A stretch of DNA of 64,000 nt, taken from a virus (lineage: Duplodnaviria; Caudoviricetes). The notes below the pieces were generated by a model. That model was not told the DNA's origin and made no database searches. It saw only the letters and a list, made by a program, of their open reading frames with translations. This document shows, piece by piece, positions 10,120 to 19,456 of this stretch. Positions within the stretch are counted from its first letter, which is position 1. Every line of letters begins with the position of its first letter. The position numbers and the translations under genes were made by a program. The DNA is taken from positions 1 to 64,000 of the IMG/VR virus record IMGVR_UViG_2890351070_000001; one strand, written 5' to 3'.

Positions 10120-10782
10120 TTAGTAAAGTCGAAACCGCGTTTTAAGTTCGCTGTATAGTCCCATAGGTACAAGAGTACATTTTACTGATTTGGGTATTTT
10201 CCCAGAAGGTTTTGTTGCCGTTGGTGTGTGCGCGAGATCGAGCACTTCTTCTGGAGTTGCATCCACACCTAAAGCAAGTTTGTTAAACGTTTGTTTCTGA
10301 TTATCGGGAAAATCTTTCCAAGTGTAATCGGCCATACAGGCCGCGGTTTTGGAAGACTCTTCTGGTGTCATATTGATAATGCGGTCTTTTAGTTTTTCAA
10401 AAAACACAACATGTGAATGCGGCGCACCTGGTTTGGATTTCAGGTCGTTAAATAGCTTTGCAGCTTTTTGTCGTTCTGCTGGATCAGTGATGTCCTGATA
10501 ATTATAGCGATAGATGACGGCTTTGCCGGGCGTATCGACCAGTTTTCTATCTAATGCCAGAGTATCAAGAGTTTTTTGATCGTACTGCTTAAAATCACCA
10601 GATGTAAGCGCGTGTTTCAGTTCAAAGATATTGGTAATGCTCTTTGCCATCTGCAAGGGATAATGTCGCGAATAGTTATATTCAGATTTTGTCTGTGTAG
10701 AGGCTTTGTTTTTATGTGATGGGGATGTCGTCTGACAGGCTGTGACGACAAGCAATAAAACCATCGATGTAATGATACGCAT
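10120..10782 (-). CDS. Lipoprotein, paralog of 9462-10037
   Basis: Lipobox VVTAC after MRIIT start. Confidence 0.7.
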   Translation of the reverse strand: MRIITSMVLLLVVTACQTTSPSHKNKASTQTKSEYNYSRHYPLQMAKSITNIFELKHALTSGDFKQYDQKTLDTLALDRKLVDTPGKAVIYRYNYQDITDPAERQKAAKLFNDLKSKPGAPHSHVVFFEKLKDRIINMTPEESSKTAACMADYTWKDFPDNQKQTFNKLALGVDATPEEVLDLAHTPTATKPSGKIPKSVKCTLVPMGLYSELKTRFRLY

Positions 10783-11057
10783 TTTGAGAGCTAACCATAA
10801 TGGAAAATGATGTATAGGATTCAATTATTTGTAACGGTAGAACGTTAATTCCCAGAGTTCAAATGATTTTCATCTATATTTTCGAGCAGATAAAAGAGGA
10901 TCATTATTAGAAAAGATAGCATAGTTCTATGATACTTTTCGTTCTCCTGATCCTGCAGGTAATATCTCTATGGGAAAATGCGCCTTACGATTAAAAAGCT
11001 CCGCTGATGTGGGGCTTTTTTGTATTGGATAGCGATCAAGTTGAAAAGGAAATCAGA

Positions 11058-11957
11058 ATGCCAGGGTATAGTTCGCCAGGTGGCCATGGAAGCGATATAG
11101 GTGATCGTAGAAGTAATAGTCCAAGTAGTACTCCTGGGGGAAACCCAGAGGGAGGTAGAGAAAAGAGGGATTGGAGTAAAAGAAATGCTGATGCAAGAGC
11201 TAAAGCCCAGAAAGCAGCCAAACCAAAGGAGGTTGTTAAAGAAAAGAGAGGAGGATGGAAGCCTACTCCAAATATTGAAGAGATGGAATTTTATGATCCA
11301 TCTCTGGATTGGAGTCAAAATGTTGATCGTTATAACCAAAGTCAGGGCATAGGGAAGTATGGAGGGGGGGCTAATTCCAAACTTGGCTTTCATGAGATGC
11401 GTAATCGATCTCAATTAAAAACTCCAGCAGCGAAACAAACATATTCTCAAAGAATTGCAGAAATAAATCATCCTGTTCAATCTGCGTTACGAGGTTTTTT
11501 ATCTCATTTTGTTCCTGGAGTAGTTGCATCAAAACTCACATACGATGCACAAGGTAATCTTGCAGATTATAGCGAGTTTGATCCGATTGACATGGCGACA
11601 GATTTAATTGCAGTTGGTCCTAATCCGGGAATAAGAAAAGCACCTCAAATCGCTTATGGTGCCTTGAGACAAGCAGGATACGGTGCAAAGCCCTATACAT
11701 CTATCCGATCACTGCCAGATGCTATGGCACAGGCCGCTCAAAGCAGTCGACAGCAAATGTCCCTGCGGAATTCATCAAATACAACTAGTAGATCTGTTTA
11801 TGATCGAGCAACTCAGCAACTTTATCCAGTGGCTCCAAATGAAGAAGATTTACCCAACTTAGGCATTGGTGTTTCCCAAGGGAAATCCAGAGTACGCAAA
11901 GCACCAAAGCTATCAACGCTAAAAGCCAGACGTGCAAACTTCGGTAGGGTGAGATAA
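11058..11957 (+). CDS. Pre-portal protein, probably virion-associated; homolog of 56339-57274
   Basis: AAGGA RBS; shares KRDWS, KPTP and the C-terminal LYP...GVSQGKS.VR.AP module. Confidence 0.7.
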   Translation: MPGYSSPGGHGSDIGDRRSNSPSSTPGGNPEGGREKRDWSKRNADARAKAQKAAKPKEVVKEKRGGWKPTPNIEEMEFYDPSLDWSQNVDRYNQSQGIGKYGGGANSKLGFHEMRNRSQLKTPAAKQTYSQRIAEINHPVQSALRGFLSHFVPGVVASKLTYDAQGNLADYSEFDPIDMATDLIAVGPNPGIRKAPQIAYGALRQAGYGAKPYTSIRSLPDAMAQAAQSSRQQMSLRNSSNTTSRSVYDRATQQLYPVAPNEEDLPNLGIGVSQGKSRVRKAPKLSTLKARRANFGRVR

Positions 11958-12275
11958 ATGGGATTAGCTAGTTTTTCATCTTATAATTATGAACCCACGA
12001 AAGACAGAGATGTTGGGTTTCTAAAGAATAGCCTTTCATCCAACCGAGAAAATATAAGTGCCTCTCGGTCTTCTGGCAGTTCTAGCGGAAGCTTTCAAGC
12101 ATCTCGGAGTTTGGATGGTGGATGGCGTTCACCTGAACAGGTTCTGTATCCAACTGTTAATAATCCAAAGCCTTTATTGACGCCCTATACCAGTTTGGCT
12201 CCATCACCTGTCCGACGGGTTCGTGGTTTGGCCACGTTAAATTTATACCGTCCTGAATATACCAAAATTCGTTGA
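11958..12275 (+). CDS. Short Ser-rich protein carrying the same C-terminal module
   Basis: EQVLYP...KPLL...SPVRR...LNLYRP. Confidence 0.6.
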   Translation: MGLASFSSYNYEPTKDRDVGFLKNSLSSNRENISASRSSGSSSGSFQASRSLDGGWRSPEQVLYPTVNNPKPLLTPYTSLAPSPVRRVRGLATLNLYRPEYTKIR

Positions 12276-12416
12276 GATTTATCTGCGTTATACTTTGTTT
12301 GAGTATAGGGGTAGCGGTATATTCGTTCTTGGATAAATAGGTTCTTTGAATGTTACAATTGATCGACTGCCTCGTCGGTTTATCGAAATTAGAAAATTAT
12401 GACGGACAAGTCTTGA

Positions 12417-12445
12417 ACCCCTCGTATTTGATACGAGGGGTTTTG
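12417..12445 (+). terminator. Intrinsic terminator upstream of portal
   Basis: cccctcgtat/atacgagggg plus T-tract. Confidence 0.7.
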
Positions 12446-12494
12446 TTTTGGAGGCTTTGTTTTACTAGGGCAAATATAGTGAACTGGAGATCTT

Positions 12495-14156
12495 ATGGAA
12501 CTTGCTGAGAAGGTAATTAATCGTCAGGCCGCGTTGGCAAATGAACGATCCAAGTTTGACAAGATCTGGGTGGAAACGGCTGAACGCCTCGATCCTTTCG
12601 GCTCGATACTGGAGGGCAGACGTGGGGACATGTCAAAGATGTTCAGCTCCCGTCCTTTACAGGATCTGGCGCGTTTTTCTGCGGCAATCGAAAGTCTGCT
12701 CATTCCACGGGGATCAATCTGGCATGGGTTAGAGCCTGTCGATGATGATTTGCGAGAGAGCGATGAAATTCAGGCCTGGGCAGAACAGCGTACGAAGAAG
12801 CTCTTTTCCATTCGGTATATGGCGAGATCAGGCTTTGTCTCAAACACTCAACGGATGTTTCGGTCATTGGGGTGTTATGGCAATCAGGTGCTGATGACAG
12901 AGGAAGTACTATCCAGAGGTCCGGGCGGTGAAGATTTGCCTCCTATTCGTTATCGCATGATCCCGATTATTGAATGCTTTCTGGCAACCACGGCCTGGGG
13001 ACAGGTAGATACCTTCTACCGGGTTTATAAGCTTACACTACGCCAGATTATTGATGAGTTTGGTCTGGAGGCTTTGCCTGAGTTTTTGATGACCCGATTG
13101 GACAAGCCAGACTTGTTGGAAGAAAAGTTTGAAATTATCCATGCCATAGATACGACCCTGAGTGGGGATACGCAAACTGCCCTTCCCTGGCCATCTGTTC
13201 ATGTTCTCAAAGGTCATCATCATGTCTTACGGCAGTCCGGCTATTACGAATTTCCCATTCACGCGTCATCATTCGTAGAGAGTGACGGCGAAGCTTATGG
13301 ATGGGGGCCGGGCATGATGGCCCTGCCGGATATCAAACAGCTCAATGTGATGAACAAGACAACGATTGCAGCGGCTGAACAGGCAGTGTCACCAGCCTTT
13401 GCAACGGTGCAAAAGCTTAAGCGTAGACTGAATCTGAGTGCCAATGCAATCAATCCAGATCTTGTAACAGATGATGGACGTTTAAAAATTCAGCCAATTG
13501 TGACTGGTGCACGACCGGATATCGGAGAACAATTGATTGCCAAGAAGCAGATGGATATCAGTGCGAATTTTTATGGGGATCTTTGGCAGATCCTTGTGAA
13601 CAAGCCGGATATGACCGCCTATGAAGCGGCGTTGCGGGCGCAGGAAAAGAACGAATTGATTGGGCCACCTTTTGCCAAGCAGGAAGAAATGCTGGCGTCT
13701 ATGGTGATGCGTGAAAATGCAATTCTGGAACGACAGGCAGAGGACGGCATTATTGATTTGCCTCCTCGACCGGATGGATTAGAGGGCAAAAGTCTGACCC
13801 TGAAATTTACCAGCCCCATGGCTAAATTACGTCGTGCGGCAGAAGATGTGGGTATTCAACGGACGTTGGAAACGGCTGCGCAGCAGGCACAGTTCGACCC
13901 GACGATAATGGATAACTTTGACCATGACCGTATTATTCGTGCCCGTGCAGATATTAATGGTATGCCCGCAGATTTGATGCGGCCTGTGGAAGACGTACAG
14001 GCAAGTAGACAGGCAAAAATAGATGCGGAGCAACAGCAGTTGATGGCGGCGCAGCAAGCACAGGATGTTGATACCGCAGGGAAAGCCTTGCCGATAATGG
14101 AAGCACTGGGGGCGGCTGGACTTAACCCTGATCAGATCCCGGAAGGAGAGGTTTAA
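12495..14156 (+). CDS. Portal (head-tail connector, T7 gp8/BPP-1 type)
   Basis: 553 aa; YGWGPGMMALPDIKQLN, MTAYE, FTSPMA motifs; gene position. Confidence 0.9.
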   Translation: MELAEKVINRQAALANERSKFDKIWVETAERLDPFGSILEGRRGDMSKMFSSRPLQDLARFSAAIESLLIPRGSIWHGLEPVDDDLRESDEIQAWAEQRTKKLFSIRYMARSGFVSNTQRMFRSLGCYGNQVLMTEEVLSRGPGGEDLPPIRYRMIPIIECFLATTAWGQVDTFYRVYKLTLRQIIDEFGLEALPEFLMTRLDKPDLLEEKFEIIHAIDTTLSGDTQTALPWPSVHVLKGHHHVLRQSGYYEFPIHASSFVESDGEAYGWGPGMMALPDIKQLNVMNKTTIAAAEQAVSPAFATVQKLKRRLNLSANAINPDLVTDDGRLKIQPIVTGARPDIGEQLIAKKQMDISANFYGDLWQILVNKPDMTAYEAALRAQEKNELIGPPFAKQEEMLASMVMRENAILERQAEDGIIDLPPRPDGLEGKSLTLKFTSPMAKLRRAAEDVGIQRTLETAAQQAQFDPTIMDNFDHDRIIRARADINGMPADLMRPVEDVQASRQAKIDAEQQQLMAAQQAQDVDTAGKALPIMEALGAAGLNPDQIPEGEV

Positions 14157-14160
14157 GGAT

Positions 14161-14442
14161 ATGCTTAAAGGCTGGCCCTTTTCCCTGCAAAAACAACACG
14201 AACTTGTCGAGGCTTATAGTCGACTTTTTGCGTCAAGTGATGGTCAGATTGTTTTGGCCGATATTCTTGACCAGGCGCAAGCTTTTGAGGCGACGCCCCC
14301 TGATGGGCCGTCTGTCTTCAATGACGGAAAGCGTGCTGTTGCGTTTGATATTCTTCGTAAAGCTTCTGTCAGTTCTGACTTAAGAGCAGAGCTGGCAAAA
14401 GCAACTTATCTGAAACAAGAGGAAGATACACAGAATGAGTGA
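14161..14442 (+). CDS. Small conserved head-module protein (Bbp19-like)
   Basis: AY.RLF.S.DGQ.VLADI and FNDGKRAV; lies between portal and scaffold. Confidence 0.75.
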   Translation: MLKGWPFSLQKQHELVEAYSRLFASSDGQIVLADILDQAQAFEATPPDGPSVFNDGKRAVAFDILRKASVSSDLRAELAKATYLKQEEDTQNE

Positions 14443-15244
14443 CGATCCCGGTTCAAGTAGTCATGAGTTTTCGGGAGCCGAAAGTCCCGGTTATTCACAA
14501 CCTTCTCCAGATCAGCCCGCATCGCAAGATAGCGGGTCTTTTTATGCCGAAAATTCAAGCTATGCTCAAAACCAAAGTAATGATGACGGTGTAAATACCC
14601 AGGTTTTTGAAGCGCATGGTGGGGCATCCAATGAGGTTCTTCCAGAAAGCGAAGATCATACCATTGGGCAGGATGGTTATATCAAGTTACCCACAGAAGG
14701 GGCCAATGAAGACGAAATTGACGCTTTTTATGAAGCGTTGGGCGTGCCGGAAACCCCGGATGGTTACGAACTGGAAGTTCCTGAAGAGCTCAGTTCTCAG
14801 CATAGTGAGGAAGACTGGAAAGCCTATACCGGAGCTATTAGTGAGTTGTCGCATGCACTGGGGCTTTCGCCAGAACAGGCACAGGCCCTGGCTGATATGG
14901 ATTTACAGGCCAAAACACAATCCATGGAAAACATGGAGCGTGAGCAAGAACAGTATCTGAGCCAACAAATTGAGGAAACCACGGAAACGCTTCGCGATGA
15001 GTGGGGATCCAAAATGGATGTGAATGTCAGAACTGCCAATCGTGCCCTGAAGGCATTGGGTGGTTCTGAACTTGAGGGGGTGTTGTCTGAGGCCGGGGTT
15101 CTGAACGACCCTGTTGTCATTCGCGCCTTTCATAAAGCTGGCCTCTCCCTGGTAGAGGACAGCAGCCCCGGCGGTGCCGGTGCAACCAGACGCAACAAAT
15201 CTGCTGCGGAAATTCTCTACCCATCATCTACTAAGGAAGGCTGA
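14435..15244 (+). CDS. Capsid scaffolding protein
   Basis: Acidic; LRDEWG motif; C-terminal KSAAEILYP; upstream of capsid gene. Confidence 0.8.
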   Translation: MSDDPGSSSHEFSGAESPGYSQPSPDQPASQDSGSFYAENSSYAQNQSNDDGVNTQVFEAHGGASNEVLPESEDHTIGQDGYIKLPTEGANEDEIDAFYEALGVPETPDGYELEVPEELSSQHSEEDWKAYTGAISELSHALGLSPEQAQALADMDLQAKTQSMENMEREQEQYLSQQIEETTETLRDEWGSKMDVNVRTANRALKALGGSELEGVLSEAGVLNDPVVIRAFHKAGLSLVEDSSPGGAGATRRNKSAAEILYPSSTKEG

Positions 15245-15246
15245 TC

Positions 15247-16266
15247 ATGGCTACACTTGGAAATACTTTTGTCGATCTTATCGATATTTACAAACAAACT
15301 GATCCAAATGGTTCTACGGCAACCATTATTGAGCTTCTCAAACAGCAAAATCCTATTCTGGATGATGCGATTGCGATGGAGTGTAATAAAGGATCAGAAC
15401 ACCTGCATACCATTCGTACCGGTTTGCCGTCTGTTTCCTGGGGCGCGTTGTATCAGGGGATCACGCAATCAAAAGCCAAGCAGCAACAGGTAACCGATAC
15501 AACAGGTTATCTGGAAGCTTTGGCAACCATTGATGAGCGTGTTCTAAGCTTGTCAAAAAATGAAGCGGGTGTCCGTCTTAACGAAGCTATGGCGTTCATG
15601 GAATCAATGAACCAGGAAGCGGCTTCGGGGCTGTTTTATCATGACACAGCCTCTACCCCTGAAAAGTTCAAAGGGCTTTCTGCGCGATTTAGTGCCATTG
15701 GTGGCGGCGGTGCCGGCGAACAGGTCATTGACGCTGGTGGTACAGGATCTGACAACACGTCTATCTGGTTTGTTACCTGGGGCGATCGTCATTGTCATCT
15801 GCTTTATCCGCAAGGCACAAAAGCTGGCTTGCAACGGGACGATATGGGCCGTCAACGCGTTTTGGATGAAAACAATAATCCATACTATGTGAAGGAAGAA
15901 AAATTCACATGGCATCTTGGTTTGGCGGTCAAAGATTGGCGTTATGTATCCCGTGTTGCCAACATTGATGTGTCTGAAATGCAGGCGGGTAATGTGAAAC
16001 TGTATGATTTCATGCGTAAAGCCTATTACAAGCTGCAAAGTCGTATCCGTCGCGGAGATGCGGCAGGCGGTCGTCAGGTTATCTATTGTAACCGTGATGT
16101 GCTTGAAGCTTTGGACGCACTAGCCACGAATGCCGGGGCCGGAGACAACTTTGTTCGTCTGAAAGACAGTGAACTGGAAGGTCAGGAAGTTCTGACCTAT
16201 CGCGGTATTCCAATTCGTGAAACCGATGCGTTGCTCAATACTGAAGCACGCGTTTTGTCTGCTTAA
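15247..16266 (+). CDS. Major capsid protein
   Basis: 339 aa; IIELL...N.IL.D, RTGLP, GTGSDNTSIW, GIPIR..DAL. Confidence 0.9.
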   Translation: MATLGNTFVDLIDIYKQTDPNGSTATIIELLKQQNPILDDAIAMECNKGSEHLHTIRTGLPSVSWGALYQGITQSKAKQQQVTDTTGYLEALATIDERVLSLSKNEAGVRLNEAMAFMESMNQEAASGLFYHDTASTPEKFKGLSARFSAIGGGGAGEQVIDAGGTGSDNTSIWFVTWGDRHCHLLYPQGTKAGLQRDDMGRQRVLDENNNPYYVKEEKFTWHLGLAVKDWRYVSRVANIDVSEMQAGNVKLYDFMRKAYYKLQSRIRRGDAAGGRQVIYCNRDVLEALDALATNAGAGDNFVRLKDSELEGQEVLTYRGIPIRETDALLNTEARVLSA

Positions 16267-16348
16267 TCCTAGCAAAAATCTAGGGGTCAAAGTTTAGGGC
16301 CAAATTTAGAGGTCGGGCTTAAAGACCAAATTTAGAGAGAGATTTAAT

Positions 16349-16771
16349 ATGATTCATAGTAAGCAACTCACCTTCTCTGATCAGCAGGCAATTACCAGTA
16401 CTGCTGCATCAACCAACATTCTTGATCTTGGTGCAACCGGAACAGTTGTCGGTGCATCTGCTACGCTGCCAAGTAACCCTGGTGATGGTACTGCGGTGCC
16501 GTTGAATGTACAGGTGACAGAGGATTTCAACAATCTGACGTCACTTAAGATTGGAATTGAAGTGGATAGCACAACAAGCTTCTCTTCTCCGCGTGAAGTA
16601 TTGTCCCAGTCTATTGTACGGGCCGACCTCGTCGCTGGTAAACAGACGTCTTTCCACATTCTGCCCAAAGGTTTGAATGAACGTTATATGCGTCTGCGTT
16701 ATACCGTGACGGGCACAAATCCGACCAACGGTAAAATTTCGGCGGCAATTGTGGCCGGAGTGCAGAGTTAA
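16349..16771 (+). CDS. Capsid cement/decoration protein (Bbp16-like)
   Basis: FSDQQAIT..AASTN.LDLG and RYMRLRYTV motifs. Confidence 0.8.
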   Translation: MIHSKQLTFSDQQAITSTAASTNILDLGATGTVVGASATLPSNPGDGTAVPLNVQVTEDFNNLTSLKIGIEVDSTTSFSSPREVLSQSIVRADLVAGKQTSFHILPKGLNERYMRLRYTVTGTNPTNGKISAAIVAGVQS

Positions 16772-17007
16772 TGGCGCTGCGGGCAAAATCAGCAAAAGGA
16801 GCGACTACAAAGGAGACGCGTCGTGCTGCACGATCAGTGTCTGCTGAAAACCTTTCCGGTGTCCAAAATACTGTGTCGGAAGCTGTGTCGTTGAATGTAC
16901 GGGCGATTGCCTTGGGTTATTACGGTGCCCAACTCAGGGAGGAGGGGGATACCTTTGAATTGAGAGAGGCAGAGCACTTTTCATCCAGCTGGATGAAAAG
17001 GATTTAG
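16771..17007 (+). CDS. Small virion-module protein
   Basis: GYYG..LRE.G..F...HFS..WM also present in 61936-62223. Confidence 0.65.
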   Translation: MALRAKSAKGATTKETRRAARSVSAENLSGVQNTVSEAVSLNVRAIALGYYGAQLREEGDTFELREAEHFSSSWMKRI

Positions 17008-17044
17008 CGTCATCAAGGGTTAAAATTTCCTTTGATGTTTGAGA

Positions 17045-17078
17045 AAACGGGAGATCGGAACACTGATCTCCCGTTTTA
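17045..17078 (+). terminator. Intrinsic terminator after head genes
   Basis: aaacgggagatc/gatctcccgttt. Confidence 0.7.
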
Positions 17079-17110
17079 TATTTTCCCATAATTACAGGTC
17101 AGGAAAACAG

Positions 17111-17689
17111 ATGAGCAGCAAGGTTGAAATCTGTCGGGATGCTTTGCAGATCCTGGGGGATAAATCGATTGTCAGCCTGGAAGACAGCAGCAAAGAAGCA
17201 CGACAGTGCAAGATTGCCTATCCCAGAGCGGTAGAGACCGTCTTGCGTAGCTATCCCTGGTCGTGCGCCATTCGTCGGGTCAAACTGGCTGCATCAGCAG
17301 AAGTATCTGCTTTTGGAGAGTGGAAACGATATCGCCGCCCGGTTGATGACATTCAGGTTTTGCCGATCACAACGACAGGTGAAGCCAATGGCTTACCCGT
17401 GACCTATCAACTAGAGGGACGGTATATCCTGTGCCACCAAGACGCACCGCTTTATTATCGCTATATCAGTAGTGAGGTTGAACCGTCTGATATGCCGCCG
17501 GATTTACGCCGTGTTGTGGCAACTCAGTTGGCCGTGAGATTGGCAGAGGTTCTGACCGGATCGCAAACCAAATTGAATATGGCTCTTGGTCTCTATCGGA
17601 ATGATTTGGCTCAGGCAAAAGCCAACGACATGATGGAAGATGGTGTGAGTGATATTATGTCTTCATCATGGGTGGAGGCGCGAAACTGA
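17111..17689 (+). CDS. Tail adaptor (tail tubular protein A-like)
   Basis: VEIC..AL..LG and YPWSCA motifs; protein identical to 62305-62883. Confidence 0.85.
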   Translation: MSSKVEICRDALQILGDKSIVSLEDSSKEARQCKIAYPRAVETVLRSYPWSCAIRRVKLAASAEVSAFGEWKRYRRPVDDIQVLPITTTGEANGLPVTYQLEGRYILCHQDAPLYYRYISSEVEPSDMPPDLRRVVATQLAVRLAEVLTGSQTKLNMALGLYRNDLAQAKANDMMEDGVSDIMSSSWVEARN

Positions 17690-19452
17690 TGCCACCAAGA
17701 ACCCTTCAGGCCAGCTTTGTTCGCGGCGAGATTACGCCCCGATTACATGGACGGGAAGATACACAGCTTTACCAAACAGGATTGGCGCTGTGCGAAAACT
17801 GGATCGTCCTCCCGCATGGTGGCATGACGCGGCGTCCTGGAACACGATTTGTCGCAAAAGCAAAACATGCGGATAAAGAATGTCGCCTTATTTCGTTCGA
17901 ATATTCGACAGAAGACGCCTATATTCTGGAAATTGGCGATCTTTACATGCGGTTTTACCGTGATTTCGGGCAAATAGAAAAAGATGATGCCCCCTATGAA
18001 ATTACCACACCTTATAAGGAAGAAGAGCTGTTTGATCTGGTTTTTACCCAGACGGAAAACAGTCTGTGGATTGTGCACAAGGATCATCCGCCAAAAGAAT
18101 TGAAACGAAATGATCATGCCGATTGGGCCTTGGCGGATATTACCTTTACCGCCAAACCGTCGGAATGGAAGGCAGGGAATTATCCCAGACGTTGCTCCTT
18201 TTATCAGCAGCGATCTATTTTTGCCTCACCACCTGATCAGCCACAAACCATCTGGACATCGAAAACATCTAATGAGAAAAATTTCACTTTAGGCACCAAT
18301 GCTGACGATGCGTTTAAAGCCACGATCAAGGCCGGACAAGTCAACCACATTCAATGGATGGTCGAGGGACGTGCCCTAATGATGGGGACATCCGGAGCCA
18401 CAAGGACATTGAGTGGATCTTCGGCCAATGAAGCCCTGACGGTTACGTCGGTTATCAACCGCCGCCATACCACCGAGGGATCAGCGGCTATTCCACCTAT
18501 CCAGAAGGGGGAGGTGGCTCTATTTTTAAGCCGGAATAGAAAACGGTTGCATGAATTTGTGTTCTCGTTTGAGCGAGACAGCTTTATTGCGCCCGATCAA
18601 ACCTTTTTATCCCAACATATAACGGGAACCGGGATCAAGGATATGGACATGGTCAATGACCCTGATTCCATTATCTGGATGGTCCGGGACGATGGACAAC
18701 TGGTTGGCGTTACTTATGAAAAATCTCAAGAGGTTGTCGCGTTCCACCGTCATAAGCTGGGCGGTTCAACAGACGAACATGAGTGGGGCGAAGTTGAAAC
18801 CGTTGCTGTGACCTATGAAGCCAAGCGTGAAGTTTTGTGGCTGTCGGTTAAACGTAAAGTCAATGGAGAAATTGTGCGCCACATTGAATTTATGGAAGCC
18901 GGGTTTGATGATGGTCTGGACAAAAAAGACGCCTTCTTTGTGGATTGCGGCGGAACCTATGAAGGTGTCGCGGCGAACACAATTAATGGTTTTGATCATC
19001 TGATCGGGCAAGAGGTGGATATATTACACGATGGCAAGGTGTCTCCGCGATCAACGGTGGCAAATGATGGCAAGGTATCGCTAAAAAATAACCGTACAGG
19101 TTTGAAAATTACAGCTGGCTTGCCTTACCAGTCGGTCGTACAGCCCTTGTCCCCGATTGTTGCTTTGCAAAATGGGACAGGCCGAGGCAAGAAAAAGCGT
19201 GTTGTTTCCATGGGCGTTGATGTGATGAACACGGGAACAATCGAAGCCGGAGACAGCCTGGAAGACACTCAAACACATATCTTCCGCGATGGATCAACAC
19301 CCTTTGGTCAATCCCCGGATCTCTACACCGGGTACTTGGAAATTGATCCGGAAAACGGCTTTAGCGACAAGGCGCAAATTTTTATCAGAGCAAGACAGCC
19401 GTTACCGGCTACTATCCGGTCACTCATCACAGAAGTACAGTCAGAGGGGTAA
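17689..19452 (+). CDS. Tail nozzle (tail tubular protein B-like)
   Basis: QASFVRGEITP and GGMTRRPGT; TGATG translational coupling. Confidence 0.85.
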   Translation: MPPRTLQASFVRGEITPRLHGREDTQLYQTGLALCENWIVLPHGGMTRRPGTRFVAKAKHADKECRLISFEYSTEDAYILEIGDLYMRFYRDFGQIEKDDAPYEITTPYKEEELFDLVFTQTENSLWIVHKDHPPKELKRNDHADWALADITFTAKPSEWKAGNYPRRCSFYQQRSIFASPPDQPQTIWTSKTSNEKNFTLGTNADDAFKATIKAGQVNHIQWMVEGRALMMGTSGATRTLSGSSANEALTVTSVINRRHTTEGSAAIPPIQKGEVALFLSRNRKRLHEFVFSFERDSFIAPDQTFLSQHITGTGIKDMDMVNDPDSIIWMVRDDGQLVGVTYEKSQEVVAFHRHKLGGSTDEHEWGEVETVAVTYEAKREVLWLSVKRKVNGEIVRHIEFMEAGFDDGLDKKDAFFVDCGGTYEGVAANTINGFDHLIGQEVDILHDGKVSPRSTVANDGKVSLKNNRTGLKITAGLPYQSVVQPLSPIVALQNGTGRGKKKRVVSMGVDVMNTGTIEAGDSLEDTQTHIFRDGSTPFGQSPDLYTGYLEIDPENGFSDKAQIFIRARQPLPATIRSLITEVQSEG

Positions 19453-19456
19453 AGTT

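Noticed and set aside
16273-16339. Possible mini CRISPR array
   Set aside because: Units are about 13 bp, degenerate and adjacent, with no spacers and no cas genes
4260-19452. Element 1 as a simple assembly duplicate of prophage 2
   Set aside because: Extensive synonymous divergence, different scaffolds and different accessory genes show two distinct loci
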